Positions 10,524 through 19,790 of a stretch of DNA of 64,000 bases are shown here, in pieces. A model generated the notes under the pieces. That model saw only the letters and a program-made list of their open reading frames with translations. It was not told the origin of the DNA and did not search any database. A program made the translations under genes and the position numbers. Source of the stretch: an uncultured Clostridia bacterium (GTDB lineage Bacteria; Bacillota; Clostridia; Christensenellales; CAG-314); assembly GCA_947586855.1 (NCBI GenBank), contig CANPXV010000006.1:14982-78981 (forward strand), written 5' to 3'. Positions within the stretch are counted from its first letter, which is position 1. Each line of letters opens with the position of its first letter.

Positions 10524-11843
10524 GTGAAAACTAACAAAGAAAAAAATCCCAATATACTCAGTCTCAAAGAGAGCCGTGCCATATTGCGCAGCAATCTTGC
10601 CGAAATGAAGAAGTTCGAAAAGATCAAGCGCAAAAAGGTCACTCCCGACTACTTTACCACGCAGCTCAACGACGACAACAACATCCTCGAAGTGGAAAAT
10701 CTTCACACCTACTTCTACACCGACAGCGGCGTATCCAAGGCCGTCAACGGCATAACCTTTTCGGTGCCGAAGGACTCCATTGTGGGTCTGGTGGGAGAGT
10801 CGGGCTGCGGCAAAAGCGTCACCAGCCTGTCCATCATGCAGTTGGTGCAGGCGCCGCAGGGCCAAGTGACGGAGGGTTCGATACGTTTTGCCACGTCCGA
10901 CTTTGTGTTGGACGACAAGGGCAAGCGCATACCCATCTACGTCACGGACGAGCAAGGCAACGTGGTGTACACCGACAAGCTGGACAAAAAGGGCAACCCC
11001 GTCAAGGACAAACAGGGCAACACGGTGCAAGTGCCGTTGCAGGCCCGCTCGGAGGACGGTATCCCCCTGTATGAGATGAAGGAAGTCACCTACGACATCG
11101 CCAAGATGCCCACGGCCGACATGTACCGCATCAGGGGCAAGGATATCTCCATGATATTTCAGGAGCCGATGACCAGCCTCAACCCCGTGTTTACCGTGGG
11201 GTATCAGATAGAGGAGGCGGTGTACCTCATCAACCCGCTTGCCACCAAAAAGGAGGCGCACGAAAAAGCCATCGAGATGCTGGCAAGGGTGGGCATACCC
11301 ATGCCGGAGACCATCGTCAACTACTATCCGCACCAACTTTCGGGCGGCATGCGGCAGCGTGTCATGATAGCCATTGCGCTTGTGGGCAACCCCAAGCTTA
11401 TCATAGCGGACGAACCCACAACGGCGTTGGACGTGACCATTCAGAGCCAGATATTGCACCTCATCAGGGAAGTACAACGTCAGTGCCATGCGTCGGTGGT
11501 GCTCATCACGCACGATTTGGGCGTGGTGGCGGAAACTTGCGACTATGTTGTGGTGATGTACGCAGGCAAAATTGTGGAAAAGGGCACCGTCTACGAGATT
11601 TTCGACAATCCCCTGCATCCCTACACCAAGGGCATACAAAAGGCCAAGCCTACCTTCGATACGGGCGTGGACGCCGAGCTGTACAGCATACCCGGTGTGG
11701 TGCCCAACCCCATCAATATCCCCAACGAGTGCCTGTTCAAGGATAGGTGCGGCGAGCGCTGCTCCTGCTGCGAGGGCGAGTATCCGGAGGAGATCCATGT
11801 TTCGCCCACGCACAGCGTGTTCTGCCACAAATACAAAAAATAA
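10524..11843 (+). CDS. oppD: oligopeptide ABC ATPase (OppD-like) with an internal insertion
   Basis: Walker [28 protein letters not shown]-terminal Cys-rich oligo_HPY domain. GTG start at 10524 chosen (ORF track gives 10503). Confidence 0.9.
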   Translation: MKTNKEKNPNILSLKESRAILRSNLAEMKKFEKIKRKKVTPDYFTTQLNDDNNILEVENLHTYFYTDSGVSKAVNGITFSVPKDSIVGLVGESGCGKSVTSLSIMQLVQAPQGQVTEGSIRFATSDFVLDDKGKRIPIYVTDEQGNVVYTDKLDKKGNPVKDKQGNTVQVPLQARSEDGIPLYEMKEVTYDIAKMPTADMYRIRGKDISMIFQEPMTSLNPVFTVGYQIEEAVYLINPLATKKEAHEKAIEMLARVGIPMPETIVNYYPHQLSGGMRQRVMIAIALVGNPKLIIADEPTTALDVTIQSQILHLIREVQRQCHASVVLITHDLGVVAETCDYVVVMYAGKIVEKGTVYEIFDNPLHPYTKGIQKAKPTFDTGVDAELYSIPGVVPNPINIPNECLFKDRCGERCSCCEGEYPEEIHVSPTHSVFCHKYKK

Positions 11844-11861
11844 CTCACAACGAGAACTACA

Positions 11862-12947
11862 ATGAACGAAGAAATTTTGAACAGTCAAACGGAACAAACC
11901 CCCGAACAAACCGCCCCGATCTACGAGGATGACGGCAAGGACTACATTTTGCGAGTGCGCAATCTCAAACAGTACTTTCCTGTCAGCAAATCCATGTTCG
12001 GCAAAGTGCAGGCCTATCTGCGTGCGGTGGACGGCGTAAGTTTCGATTTGGAGCGAGGCAAAACAATAGGCATCGTGGGTGAGTCGGGCTGCGGCAAAAC
12101 CACCCTTGGGCGCACAATTTTGCGGTTATACGACATCACCGAGGGCTCCGCTCGCTACACCGACAACAACGGCAACAGCTACGAGCTGGCCGAGTTGAAG
12201 CGCAAGCAATTGCAACCGCTGCGCACCCAATTGCAGTTGGTGTTTCAGGACCCATATTCGTCGTTGCCGCCCCGCATGACGGTGGGCGCTATCATCGGTG
12301 AGGCCGTCAAGGTGCACCATATTGTGCCCAAAACGGAAGTGCACGACTACGTTTTGGAAGTGATGCGTCGCTGCGGATTGCAACCTCACTACTACGACAG
12401 ATATCCGCACGAGTTCAGCGGCGGTCAGCGTCAGCGTATCTGCATTGCCCGCGCATTGGCGGTAAAACCCAGCCTTGTCATTTGCGACGAGCCTGTTTCC
12501 GCCTTGGATGTGTCCATTCAGGCGCAGGTCATCAACCTGCTGAAAAAGTTGCAGAGAGAAATGGGCATTTCCTACATGTTCATTTCGCACGATCTGTCCG
12601 TTGTCAAATACATCAGCGACAGCATTGCCGTGATGTATCTGGGCAACATTGTGGAGATGGGCAGCACCGCCGACATCTGTACAAATGCCTCTCACCCCTA
12701 CACTCAAGCGCTGTTTTCCGCAGTGCCCGTGCCCAATCCTCACCGCAAGGCCAAGCCGGAGGAGTTGGAGGGCGAGCTGCCCTCTCCTGCCAATCCGCCG
12801 CAAGGGTGCAAATTCCACACCCGTTGCAAGCATTGCATGGAGTGTTGCAGTCAGACCGCTCCCGAAATGAGAGAAATCTCCCCCGGACACTTTGTCGCCT
12901 GCCACCTGTTTGACGACCCATCTCGGCAAAATGAGCAAGAAAGCTAA
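11862..12947 (+). CDS. oppF: oligopeptide ABC ATPase (OppF-like)
   Basis: [37 protein letters not shown]. Confidence 0.92.
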   Translation: MNEEILNSQTEQTPEQTAPIYEDDGKDYILRVRNLKQYFPVSKSMFGKVQAYLRAVDGVSFDLERGKTIGIVGESGCGKTTLGRTILRLYDITEGSARYTDNNGNSYELAELKRKQLQPLRTQLQLVFQDPYSSLPPRMTVGAIIGEAVKVHHIVPKTEVHDYVLEVMRRCGLQPHYYDRYPHEFSGGQRQRICIARALAVKPSLVICDEPVSALDVSIQAQVINLLKKLQREMGISYMFISHDLSVVKYISDSIAVMYLGNIVEMGSTADICTNASHPYTQALFSAVPVPNPHRKAKPEELEGELPSPANPPQGCKFHTRCKHCMECCSQTAPEMREISPGHFVACHLFDDPSRQNEQES

Positions 12948-13188
12948 GCAAAAAACCGTCTACAAGCAGGACGACGGCCGCACAATCTACTCTATGGCGG
13001 GCTTGGAGGGCAAAACTCCCGAAGAGCTCGAAGAGCGAGACAGGCAACGCCGCAACGCCGTCAAAGTGACCCGAAAGGAGCGCCGCGCCATGATTGCCGC
13101 CGCCTTTCAGGTGTACGGCCCAATTTTGCTCATCATTCTGGTGGCGTTTGGGCTGGCGGCGGTGATAGTTTATCTGCTTATGCGGTAA
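12931..13188 (+). CDS. small membrane protein (85 aa), last gene of the opp operon
   Basis: ATG overlaps the oppF end; 'DDGRTIYSM' followed by one C-terminal TM helix; terminator downstream. Confidence 0.7.
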   Translation: MSKKAKQKTVYKQDDGRTIYSMAGLEGKTPEELEERDRQRRNAVKVTRKERRAMIAAAFQVYGPILLIILVAFGLAAVIVYLLMR

Positions 13189-13216
13189 ATAATTTTTACG
13201 AGATAAATTTTTTGCA

Positions 13217-13243
13217 AGAGAACTCACGATTTGAGTTCTTTTT
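13217..13243 (+). terminator. intrinsic terminator of the opp operon
   Basis: AAGAGAACTC-acgattt-GAGTTCTTTTT. Confidence 0.65.
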
Positions 13244-13257
13244 GTTATGTTTGAGTG

Positions 13258-13297
13258 CCGTTTTGTGCATTGACAAACGTCGTAGCTTGACTATAAT
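13258..13297 (+). promoter_or_regulatory. sigma-A promoter of the GH4 gene with an operator-like box
   Basis: TTGACA 13270-75, 16 bp, TATAAT 13292-97; CCGTTTTGTGCAT 13258-70 abuts the -35. Confidence 0.75.
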
Positions 13298-13353
13298 ATA
13301 AAATAATGAAATTTTGCGCAAAATCACAAAATTTTGCGTTTGGGAGGGTGGCT

Positions 13354-14754
13354 ATGATAAAAATTGCCTATATCGGCGGCGGCTCCAAACAGTGGGCCAG
13401 AGTGTTTATGAACGACCTCGCCTTGGACGAGGGCGATCTGTGCGGCGAAATTGCCCTGTACGACATCGACCGAGAGGCGGCCGAGCGCAACCGTCGTATA
13501 GGTATGCGTATCGGCAACTGCCCTGAGGCTCGCCACAAGTGGAGCTACACAGTCAGCGGCACCCTCGACGAGGCGCTTGCGGGCGCAACCTTTGTGGTGC
13601 TGTCCATCTTGCCGGGCACCTTCGACGAGATGGAGGTGGACGTCCACGCCCCCGAAAAATACGGCGTCTACCAATCGGTGGGGGACACCGTCGGCCCCGG
13701 CGGCGTGCTGCGTGCCATGCGTACCGTGCCGCTGTACGAGGGTTTTGCCCGTGCGATCAAGCGTTGCTGCCCCAAAGCGTGGGTTATCAATTTTACCAAC
13801 CCCATGTCCATTTGCGTCAAGACGCTGTACGACGTTTTCCCCGAGATCAAGGCGTTTGGCTGCTGTCACGAAGTGTTTCATGCGCAAAACTTTTTGTGTG
13901 CGGTGCTGCACGAGCAGCTTGGTGTGCCACGCCCCGACCGTCACGAGCTGTACACCGACGCTTGCGGCGTCAATCACTTTACCTGGATAACCGAGGCCAA
14001 GTGGCGCAACGTGGATGTGCTGTCGCTGTTGCCCGACTTTTTGCAAAAGTACTATCGCAGCGGATACTATTCGGGCAGCCTCACCGCCGAGCAGGCCCGC
14101 ACCGACCCATTTTGCTACAACAACAGGGTCAAGATGGACCTCTATCGCCGATTTGGCGTGTTGGGCGCAGCGGGCGACAGGCATCTGGCGGAGTTTGTCA
14201 GCAACAAATGGTACATGAGCGACCCTCGTCAGGTAGAGGAGTGGGGCTTTCACCTTACGCCTGTCAGTTATCGCAAGGCTCGCCAGCAGGAGCGTATCGA
14301 GGAGAGCATTCGTCTGGCCGACGGCACGCAGGCAGTGCAGCCGCACCGCTCGGACGAGGAGGCGGTGCGCCTGATGAAGGCGTTGCTGGGCTGCGGCACG
14401 GTGGTGTCCAACGTCAACATCGTCAACGTGGGACAGATGCCGCAAATGCCGCTTGGCGCCGTGGTGGAGACCAACTGCGTGTTCGACAGCGACAGCGTGC
14501 GCCCCGTAACCGCCAAACAGCTGCCCTCCGACGTGTGCAATCTGGTGTATCGCAACTGCGTCAACATCGAGACGTGCTACTACGGTATCAAGCAGCGCAA
14601 CCTGCAAATGATTTTTGAAAGTTTTGTCAATCAGCCGCTGTGCTCCTCGTTGGATATGGCGCAGGCCCGCAGCCTGTTTGAGGAAATGCTGGTGGGCACC
14701 CGCAAATATCTGGACGAGTTCTACGATTTGCAGGCCTTTTTAGACAACAAATAG
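13354..14754 (+). CDS. GH4 NAD+/Mn2+-dependent alpha-galacturonidase (LplD-like)
   Basis: Rossmann motif 'IAYIGGGS', 'QSVGDTVGPGG', 'NFTNPM' and the CHEV motif typical of GH4 alpha-galacturonidases; RBS GGGAGG. Confidence 0.88.
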   Translation: MIKIAYIGGGSKQWARVFMNDLALDEGDLCGEIALYDIDREAAERNRRIGMRIGNCPEARHKWSYTVSGTLDEALAGATFVVLSILPGTFDEMEVDVHAPEKYGVYQSVGDTVGPGGVLRAMRTVPLYEGFARAIKRCCPKAWVINFTNPMSICVKTLYDVFPEIKAFGCCHEVFHAQNFLCAVLHEQLGVPRPDRHELYTDACGVNHFTWITEAKWRNVDVLSLLPDFLQKYYRSGYYSGSLTAEQARTDPFCYNNRVKMDLYRRFGVLGAAGDRHLAEFVSNKWYMSDPRQVEEWGFHLTPVSYRKARQQERIEESIRLADGTQAVQPHRSDEEAVRLMKALLGCGTVVSNVNIVNVGQMPQMPLGAVVETNCVFDSDSVRPVTAKQLPSDVCNLVYRNCVNIETCYYGIKQRNLQMIFESFVNQPLCSSLDMAQARSLFEEMLVGTRKYLDEFYDLQAFLDNK

Positions 14755-14755
14755 T

Positions 14756-15763
14756 ATGGAAGTATTGGTGTTTTCGCTCAATGCGGTGTTGCCGTTGGTG
14801 CTGTTGGTGGCGTTGGGCTATCTGTTGCAGCGCACAAAAATCTTTTCCGACGATTTTTGGCAGACGTGCAACAAATTGGTGTTCAGGCTGTTTTTGCCCG
14901 TGATGTTGTTCTACAACGTCTACAATATCGCCGATTTTGCCGACATAAATTGGTGGTTTGTGCTGTACGGCTCGGCCTTCATCGTAGTGGTGTTTGGGCT
15001 GAGTATGCTGCTTGTGCCCCTGTTCGTCAGGGACAACGCCCAACGTGGCGTGATAGTGCAGGCCATATCCCGCAGCAACTATGCCATCATCGGCATACCT
15101 CTTGCTTCCAGCCTGTACGGTGCAAGCGGTGCAGCGGCGGCCAGCGTGATGTCGGCGTTCAGTATACCGCTGTTCAATGCCCTGTCCGTGATGGTGCTTG
15201 CCGCCTTCAATCGAGAAAGCGGCGCCAAGGTCAATTGGAAAAAGATGCTGTTGGATATCGTCACCAATCCGCTGATAATAGCGGTGGCGGCGGGCTTGTG
15301 CGTGCTGGGCGTCAGGGCGCTGTTTGTCAGGTGGGATTGGAGCTTCCGCCTGAGCGGCTTTGTGATAGGCAACACCAATGTGGACTTTTTGTACAAAACG
15401 TTGGAACTTCTTTCGCAGGTGGCCACTCCCCTTGCGCTCATAGTGCTGGGCGGACGTTTCTGTTTTTCCGCAAGCAAGCGCTTGTGGAAGCCCATCGCCG
15501 CCGTGTGTGTTGTGCGCATGCTGGTGCTGCCCGCCGCGGCATTGGCGTTGGCGTATCTCATTGTGCCCTCCCTCGGCGGAGAACACTTTGCCAGCTACAT
15601 TGCGCTGTTTGCCACCCCAGTTGCAGTATCCAGCGCCGTGATGGCCAAGGAAATGGGCGGCGACGACGAGCTTGCGGGGCAGTTGGTGGTGTGGACCACG
15701 CTGGCCTCGGGCGTCACGCTGTTTGCCGTGATTGCCGTTTGCCGAGCCTTGGGGCTGCTGTGA
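14756..15763 (+). CDS. AEC (auxin efflux carrier) family membrane transporter
   Basis: About 10 TM segments; 'RSNYAIIGIP', 'ATPLALIVLG', 'TPVAVSSAVMA'. Confidence 0.85.
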   Translation: MEVLVFSLNAVLPLVLLVALGYLLQRTKIFSDDFWQTCNKLVFRLFLPVMLFYNVYNIADFADINWWFVLYGSAFIVVVFGLSMLLVPLFVRDNAQRGVIVQAISRSNYAIIGIPLASSLYGASGAAAASVMSAFSIPLFNALSVMVLAAFNRESGAKVNWKKMLLDIVTNPLIIAVAAGLCVLGVRALFVRWDWSFRLSGFVIGNTNVDFLYKTLELLSQVATPLALIVLGGRFCFSASKRLWKPIAAVCVVRMLVLPAAALALAYLIVPSLGGEHFASYIALFATPVAVSSAVMAKEMGGDDELAGQLVVWTTLASGVTLFAVIAVCRALGLL

Positions 15764-15766
15764 TAT

Positions 15767-15828
15767 CCGTTTTGTACATAAACAAGTGCGTTTTTGCAAT
15801 TGCAAACAAATACAATATAGTTTAAGAT
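15767..15828 (+). promoter_or_regulatory. kduD promoter with an operator-like box
   Basis: CCGTTTTGTACAT 15767-79; TTGCAA 15800-05, 17 bp, TAAGAT 15823-28; palindrome TTTGCAATTGCAAA 15793-806. Confidence 0.55.
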
Positions 15829-15850
15829 AAAGTCGCAGGAGGATAAACTT

Positions 15851-16606
15851 ATGATTTTGGATAAATTCAGTTTGAATGGCAAAGTTGCCATTGTCACAGG
15901 CTCGGATACGGGTCTCGGCCAAGGATTTTGCAAGGCCTTTGTAGAGGCGGGCGCCAAGGTGATGGGCGTATCCGTTGTGCCCAGCACCGCCACGCAGCAG
16001 ATGCTTGGCGAGGACAACTTCAAATTTATGGTAGAAAACCTGATGACGTTGGAGCCTATCGACAGGATCATTGCCGAGACGTTAAAGCAGTTTGGCAGGA
16101 TCGATATCCTCGTCAACAACGCCGGCATCATCAAGCGGGAAGATTGCATTGATTTTTGCGAGGCCAGTTGGGATAGCGTCATGGCAGTCAACGCCAAAAC
16201 GGTGTTCTTTTTCAGCCAGGCGGTGGCACGTCAGTTCATCCGTCAGGGCGGCGGCGGCAAGATCATCTCCGTGGCCAGCATGCTCAGCTATCAGGGCGGC
16301 ATAAGAGTGCCCAGCTACACGGCAAGCAAATCGGCCGTCAAGGGTATCACGATGGCCATGGCCAACGAGTGGGCGCCCTACGGCATCAATGTCAACGCCA
16401 TTGCCCCCGGTTACATGGCCACCAACAACACGCAGGCCCTCCGCTCCGACGCCAACCGCAGCGAGGCCATCTTGGAGCGTATCCCCGCAGGACGTTGGGG
16501 CACCCCCGACGACATCATGGGTGCGGGCGTATTTCTCGCCTCTTCCGCCAGCGACTATGTCAACGGCTTCACCATTGCCGTGGACGGCGGCTGGCTGGGC
16601 AGATAA
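15851..16606 (+). CDS. kduD: 2-dehydro-3-deoxy-D-gluconate 5-dehydrogenase (SDR)
   Basis: TGxxxGLG, NNAG, 'SMLSYQGGIRVPSYTASKS', 'VDGGWL'. Confidence 0.95.
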   Translation: MILDKFSLNGKVAIVTGSDTGLGQGFCKAFVEAGAKVMGVSVVPSTATQQMLGEDNFKFMVENLMTLEPIDRIIAETLKQFGRIDILVNNAGIIKREDCIDFCEASWDSVMAVNAKTVFFFSQAVARQFIRQGGGGKIISVASMLSYQGGIRVPSYTASKSAVKGITMAMANEWAPYGINVNAIAPGYMATNNTQALRSDANRSEAILERIPAGRWGTPDDIMGAGVFLASSASDYVNGFTIAVDGGWLGR

Positions 16607-16623
16607 CCTTTTGCCACAACAAA

Positions 16624-16658
16624 AACTCCCTGTTGCAAGCAGCAGGGAGTTATTTTTT
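16624..16658 (+). terminator. intrinsic terminator after kduD
   Basis: AACTCCCTG...CAGGGAGTT followed by a T-run. Confidence 0.75.
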
Positions 16659-16659
16659 C

Positions 16660-16733
16660 CCCGACCAGGCGCAAGTCGGTACGGTTGACTACGCAACCGA
16701 CCCCTACGGGGCGCAAGCGCCGACTTGGTCGGG
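16660..16733 (+). repeat. short form of a palindromic intergenic repeat element
   Basis: Left end CCGACCAGGCGCAAGTCGGT resembles the long copies; ACTACGCAACCGACCCCTACGG (16688-709) is identical to 22834-55; closing stem CCCGACCA/TGGTCGGG. Confidence 0.75.
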
Positions 16734-16822
16734 CTGCTAAGGAACAACCTGCACGGTTGTTCATTTTTTAGACCTTCGCCGGGGTCTCCCATTGCCCCGG
16801 CACCCCCTGGGTAGTCTGCAAT

Positions 16823-16864
16823 CTCGGCGCAGGTCCGTGATTGCAGGGAGTTTAGTTGAAAGCA
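16823..16864 (+). repeat. repeat module A, with an inverted copy at 40710-40749
   Basis: CTCGGCGCAGGTCCGTGATTGCAG(GG)AGTTTAGTTGAAAGCA; the two copies differ only by a 2-nt indel. Confidence 0.8.
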
Positions 16865-17026
16865 TCTTGCTTTGTATAAAGAAAACTCCTGCGGTAAAAT
16901 CAGAAAGAGCTTGGCAGCTTTCTAAAATACCACAGGAGTCGTCAAATGAATGACACAAAAAGTTTAGCACACAGCGCAAAATTGTAAACGCCGTGTTGTG
17001 TTTTGCTTGGATAGTGGTGCGCCCAC

Positions 17027-17230
17027 TCAGTAGTCGGATAGGCCCAACAGGTAGTCGCTGGATACGTCCAGATATTTGCAAATGCGAAACAGCGTATCCA
17101 GACTGGGCACACAGCGCCCCTGCTTGTAGTCGGTTACGCATTGCTTGGATATGTGGCAGTACTCGGCAAGCGCACTTTGGCTGGCGCCGCTCACTTTGAG
17201 TATTTCGTTGAAACGTTGAGTAAATATCAT
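17027..17230 (-). CDS. small XRE/HTH_3 transcriptional regulator (67 aa)
   Basis: 'SQSALAEYCHISKQCVTDYKQGRCVPSLDTLFRICKYLDVSSDYLLG'; RBS GGGGTGAGG. Confidence 0.85.
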   Translation of the reverse strand: MIFTQRFNEILKVSGASQSALAEYCHISKQCVTDYKQGRCVPSLDTLFRICKYLDVSSDYLLGLSDY

Positions 17231-17261
17231 AACCTCACCCCAAAATATCTTATTCTTTTTG

Positions 17262-17302
17262 GTCAGTTGCTACTTGACAGTATGGTGTAGCCTGACTATA
17301 AT
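17262..17302 (+). promoter_or_regulatory. consensus sigma-A promoter flanked by an imperfect inverted repeat
   Basis: TTGACA 17274-79, 17 bp, TATAAT 17297-302; GTCAGTTGCTAC 17262-73 versus GTAGCCTGAC 17287-96. Confidence 0.75.
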
Positions 17303-17340
17303 AAGTGTAAATACAGTTTATTTTATTCGGAATAACTAAA

Positions 17341-17556
17341 ATGAAATATTTTGAGGCGGTTGCCGACAGGTTGAAATATTTTATGTGCCAAAAGGGTGTG
17401 TATCCGTCCATGTTGGCCAATAGTGCGGGCATTGCCCCCGATGTGCTGAAAGAAATTTTGTGCGGTCAATGCGGCGGCATTGCCTTGGGCGACCTGTGCA
17501 AAATTTGCCGTGCCTTGGATGTGTCCCTCTCCGACGTGCTGCCTCGCAGCGATTGA
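17341..17556 (+). CDS. small XRE/Cro-like HTH protein (71 aa)
   Basis: 'LANSAGIAPDVLKEIL...LGDLCKICRALDVSLSDV'; downstream of a consensus promoter; weak RBS. Confidence 0.7.
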   Translation: MKYFEAVADRLKYFMCQKGVYPSMLANSAGIAPDVLKEILCGQCGGIALGDLCKICRALDVSLSDVLPRSD

Positions 17557-17676
17557 TTGCAGCCCGATAACGGTGCGCCGCAAGCATATATAGTTTAGTT
17601 TATTTGATCAAGATACTATTTTATCTTTTTTATTGCACCCATATCCGTTGTACCGTGGCGCAGGGTGGCAAAATGT

Positions 17677-17738
17677 CTGTTTTGTGCATAAAAATATATA
17701 ATTTTGGTATTTACACCCCAAAAAACAGTATGTATAAT
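17677..17738 (+). promoter_or_regulatory. eda operon promoter with an operator-like box
   Basis: CTGTTTTGTGCAT 17677-89; TTTACA 17710-15, 17 bp, TATAAT 17733-38. Confidence 0.7.
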
Positions 17739-17772
17739 AACTTTGTACAAGGAGTAGTAGGAGCATTTTACT

Positions 17773-18744
17773 ATGACGAACAAACAATTTGTGGAACAAA
17801 TGGAGTGCACGGGCATCATACCCGTCATCAAGTTGGAAAAGACGGAGAACGCCGTGCCATTGGCCAAAGCGCTGTACGAGGGCGGCATACGGGCTGCCGA
17901 GGTGACATTCCGTGCCGAGGGTGCCGACAAGGTCATCTCCGCAATGACCAAGGCCTATCCCGACATGTTGGTGGGCGCAGGCACCGTGCTCACGGTGGAG
18001 CAGGTGGACGCAAGCATTCGTGCGGGGGCCAAGTTCTGCGTGGCGCCGGGGCTCAATCCCAGGGTAGTCAAGCACTGTCTGGACAAGGGCGTGCCCTTTG
18101 TGCCCGGCATTGCCAACGGCTCGCAGATAGAGCAGGCAATGGAGCTGGGTCTGGATTTCGTCAAGTTTTTCCCCGCCGAGCAGGCAGGCGGCGTGGCCTA
18201 CATCAAGGCCATATCCGCACCGTATTTTGCAATGCGGTTTATGCCCACGGGCGGCGTCAACGAAAACAACCTCAACAGCTATCTTGCCAACCCCAAGGTG
18301 GTGTGCTGCGGCGGCAGTTGGATAGTGCCCGACGCCCTTGTAAAATCGGAAGATTGGGCGGGCATCACGGCACTATGCAGGGCGGCCGTGCGCAAAATGC
18401 TGGACTTTCAGCTGGTGCACGTCGGCCTCAACAGCGACGGCGAAGATGACGCCGTGCAAACAGCCTCCGCCTTCGAAAGGCTGTTCGGCTGGCCCGTCAA
18501 GGTGGGCAACAGCAGCGTTTTTGCCGGCAAAGAGGTGGAGTGCATGAAGCACAACGGCCGCGGAGTGCACGGTCACATCGCCGTATCCACGGGCAACATC
18601 CGCCGTGCGGTGGCCCAGCTGGAAATGCAAGGCGTGCAGTTCGACAAGGACAGCTTCAAATACGACGGCAACGGCAGGATCACCGTGGCCTATCTCAAAG
18701 AGCAGGTGGCGGGCTTTGCCATCCACCTTGTGGAAAAGAAATAA
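17773..18744 (+). CDS. eda: KDPG/KHG aldolase fused to a C-terminal VOC-like domain
   Basis: 'AEVTFR', 'VGAGTV', 'VKFFPAE', 'FMPTGGV'; about 115 extra C-terminal residues containing 'GHIAVSTGNIRRAV'. Confidence 0.92.
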   Translation: MTNKQFVEQMECTGIIPVIKLEKTENAVPLAKALYEGGIRAAEVTFRAEGADKVISAMTKAYPDMLVGAGTVLTVEQVDASIRAGAKFCVAPGLNPRVVKHCLDKGVPFVPGIANGSQIEQAMELGLDFVKFFPAEQAGGVAYIKAISAPYFAMRFMPTGGVNENNLNSYLANPKVVCCGGSWIVPDALVKSEDWAGITALCRAAVRKMLDFQLVHVGLNSDGEDDAVQTASAFERLFGWPVKVGNSSVFAGKEVECMKHNGRGVHGHIAVSTGNIRRAVAQLEMQGVQFDKDSFKYDGNGRITVAYLKEQVAGFAIHLVEKK

Positions 18745-18767
18745 CAAACAGACGGGAGAACAGATAA

Positions 18768-19790
18768 ATGGCAAAAGTTGTAACGTTGGGAGAAATCATG
18801 CTGCGCCTTTCCACAAAGGGCTATGACCGTTTTGTGCAGGCTACCGATTTCGACGTCGTGTATGGCGGCGGCGAGGCAAACGTGGCTGTTTCTCTGGCCA
18901 ACTACGGGCACCAATCCTACTTTGTTACCAAATTGCCCAAGCACGAGATCGGCCAATGCGCAGTAAACAGTCTGCGTCAGCTGGGCGTGCACACCGACTA
19001 CATCGCCCGAGGCGGCGACAGGGTGGGCATCTACTTTTTGGAGACGGGCGCAAGCATGCGTCCCTCCAAGGTCATCTACGACCGTGCGCACAGCAGCATT
19101 GCCGAAAGCAAACCGCAGGACTTCGACTTCGACAGTATTTTCAGCGGGGCAAAGTGGTTCCATTGGACGGGTATCACGCCGGCCTTGGGCAAAAATGCGC
19201 AGGATGTGTTGGAGGCGGCGCTTGTCTCCGCCAAAAAGCACAATGTCACGGTCAGCGTGGACCTCAACTACCGCAAAAAGCTGTGGACCCCTGCCGAGGC
19301 GCAAAAATGTATGACGCACCTTATGCAATACGTTGACGTGTGTATCGGCAACGAAGAGGACGCCGAAAAATGTCTCGGGTTCAAGCCGGGTAACACCGAC
19401 GTCACGCAGGGCGCCTTGGAGCTGGGCGGCTACGAGGCCATTTTCCGCCAGATGCAGCAAAAATTCGGCTTCAAGTATGTTGTCACCAGCCTGAGAGAAA
19501 GCTACTCCGCATCCGACAACGGTTGGAGCGCTTTGGCCTTTGACGGCAAGGAATTTTACCGTTCTCGCAAGTACGACATACGCATTGTGGACCGTGTGGG
19601 CGGCGGCGACAGTTTCAGCGGCGGCTTTATCCACGGTTTGCTCAAATACGACGACTTCAAGCAAGCGTTGGAGTTTGCCGTGGCGGCAAGCGCCCTCAAA
19701 CACACCATCAGGGGCGACTTCAACCTCGTGACTGAGGAGGAAGTGGAAACGCTCAAAAACGGCGACGCCAGCGGCAGAGTGCAAAGATAG
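18768..19790 (+). CDS. kdgK: 2-keto-3-deoxygluconate kinase (PfkB family)
   Basis: 'GEIMLRLS', 'GGGEANVA', 'DLNYR', 'VDRVGGGDSF'. Confidence 0.92.
   Translation: MAKVVTLGEIMLRLSTKGYDRFVQATDFDVVYGGGEANVAVSLANYGHQSYFVTKLPKHEIGQCAVNSLRQLGVHTDYIARGGDRVGIYFLETGASMRPSKVIYDRAHSSIAESKPQDFDFDSIFSGAKWFHWTGITPALGKNAQDVLEAALVSAKKHNVTVSVDLNYRKKLWTPAEAQKCMTHLMQYVDVCIGNEEDAEKCLGFKPGNTDVTQGALELGGYEAIFRQMQQKFGFKYVVTSLRESYSASDNGWSALAFDGKEFYRSRKYDIRIVDRVGGGDSFSGGFIHGLLKYDDFKQALEFAVAASALKHTIRGDFNLVTEEEVETLKNGDASGRVQR

Noticed and set aside
5062-10642. Very long minus-strand ORFs (889 aa, 974 aa; also 31298-33673, 57177-59333 and others)
   Set aside because: Antisense shadows of well-supported plus-strand genes caused by codon bias; no motifs or RBS.
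10890-11090. Intein in OppD
   Set aside because: Too short, and no C/S...HN splice-junction motifs.
16660-16733. tRNA-like cloverleaf
   Set aside because: No TTCRA T-loop, D-loop GG or 7-nt anticodon loop; it belongs to the repeat family.
16885-16940. Riboswitch in the long hairpin ACTCCTG...CAGGAGT
   Set aside because: It lies 3' of two convergent genes rather than in a leader; better explained as the terminator of the minus-strand XRE gene.
17027-17556. Prophage immunity region
   Set aside because: No integrase, replication or structural phage genes nearby; kept only as an XRE pair.
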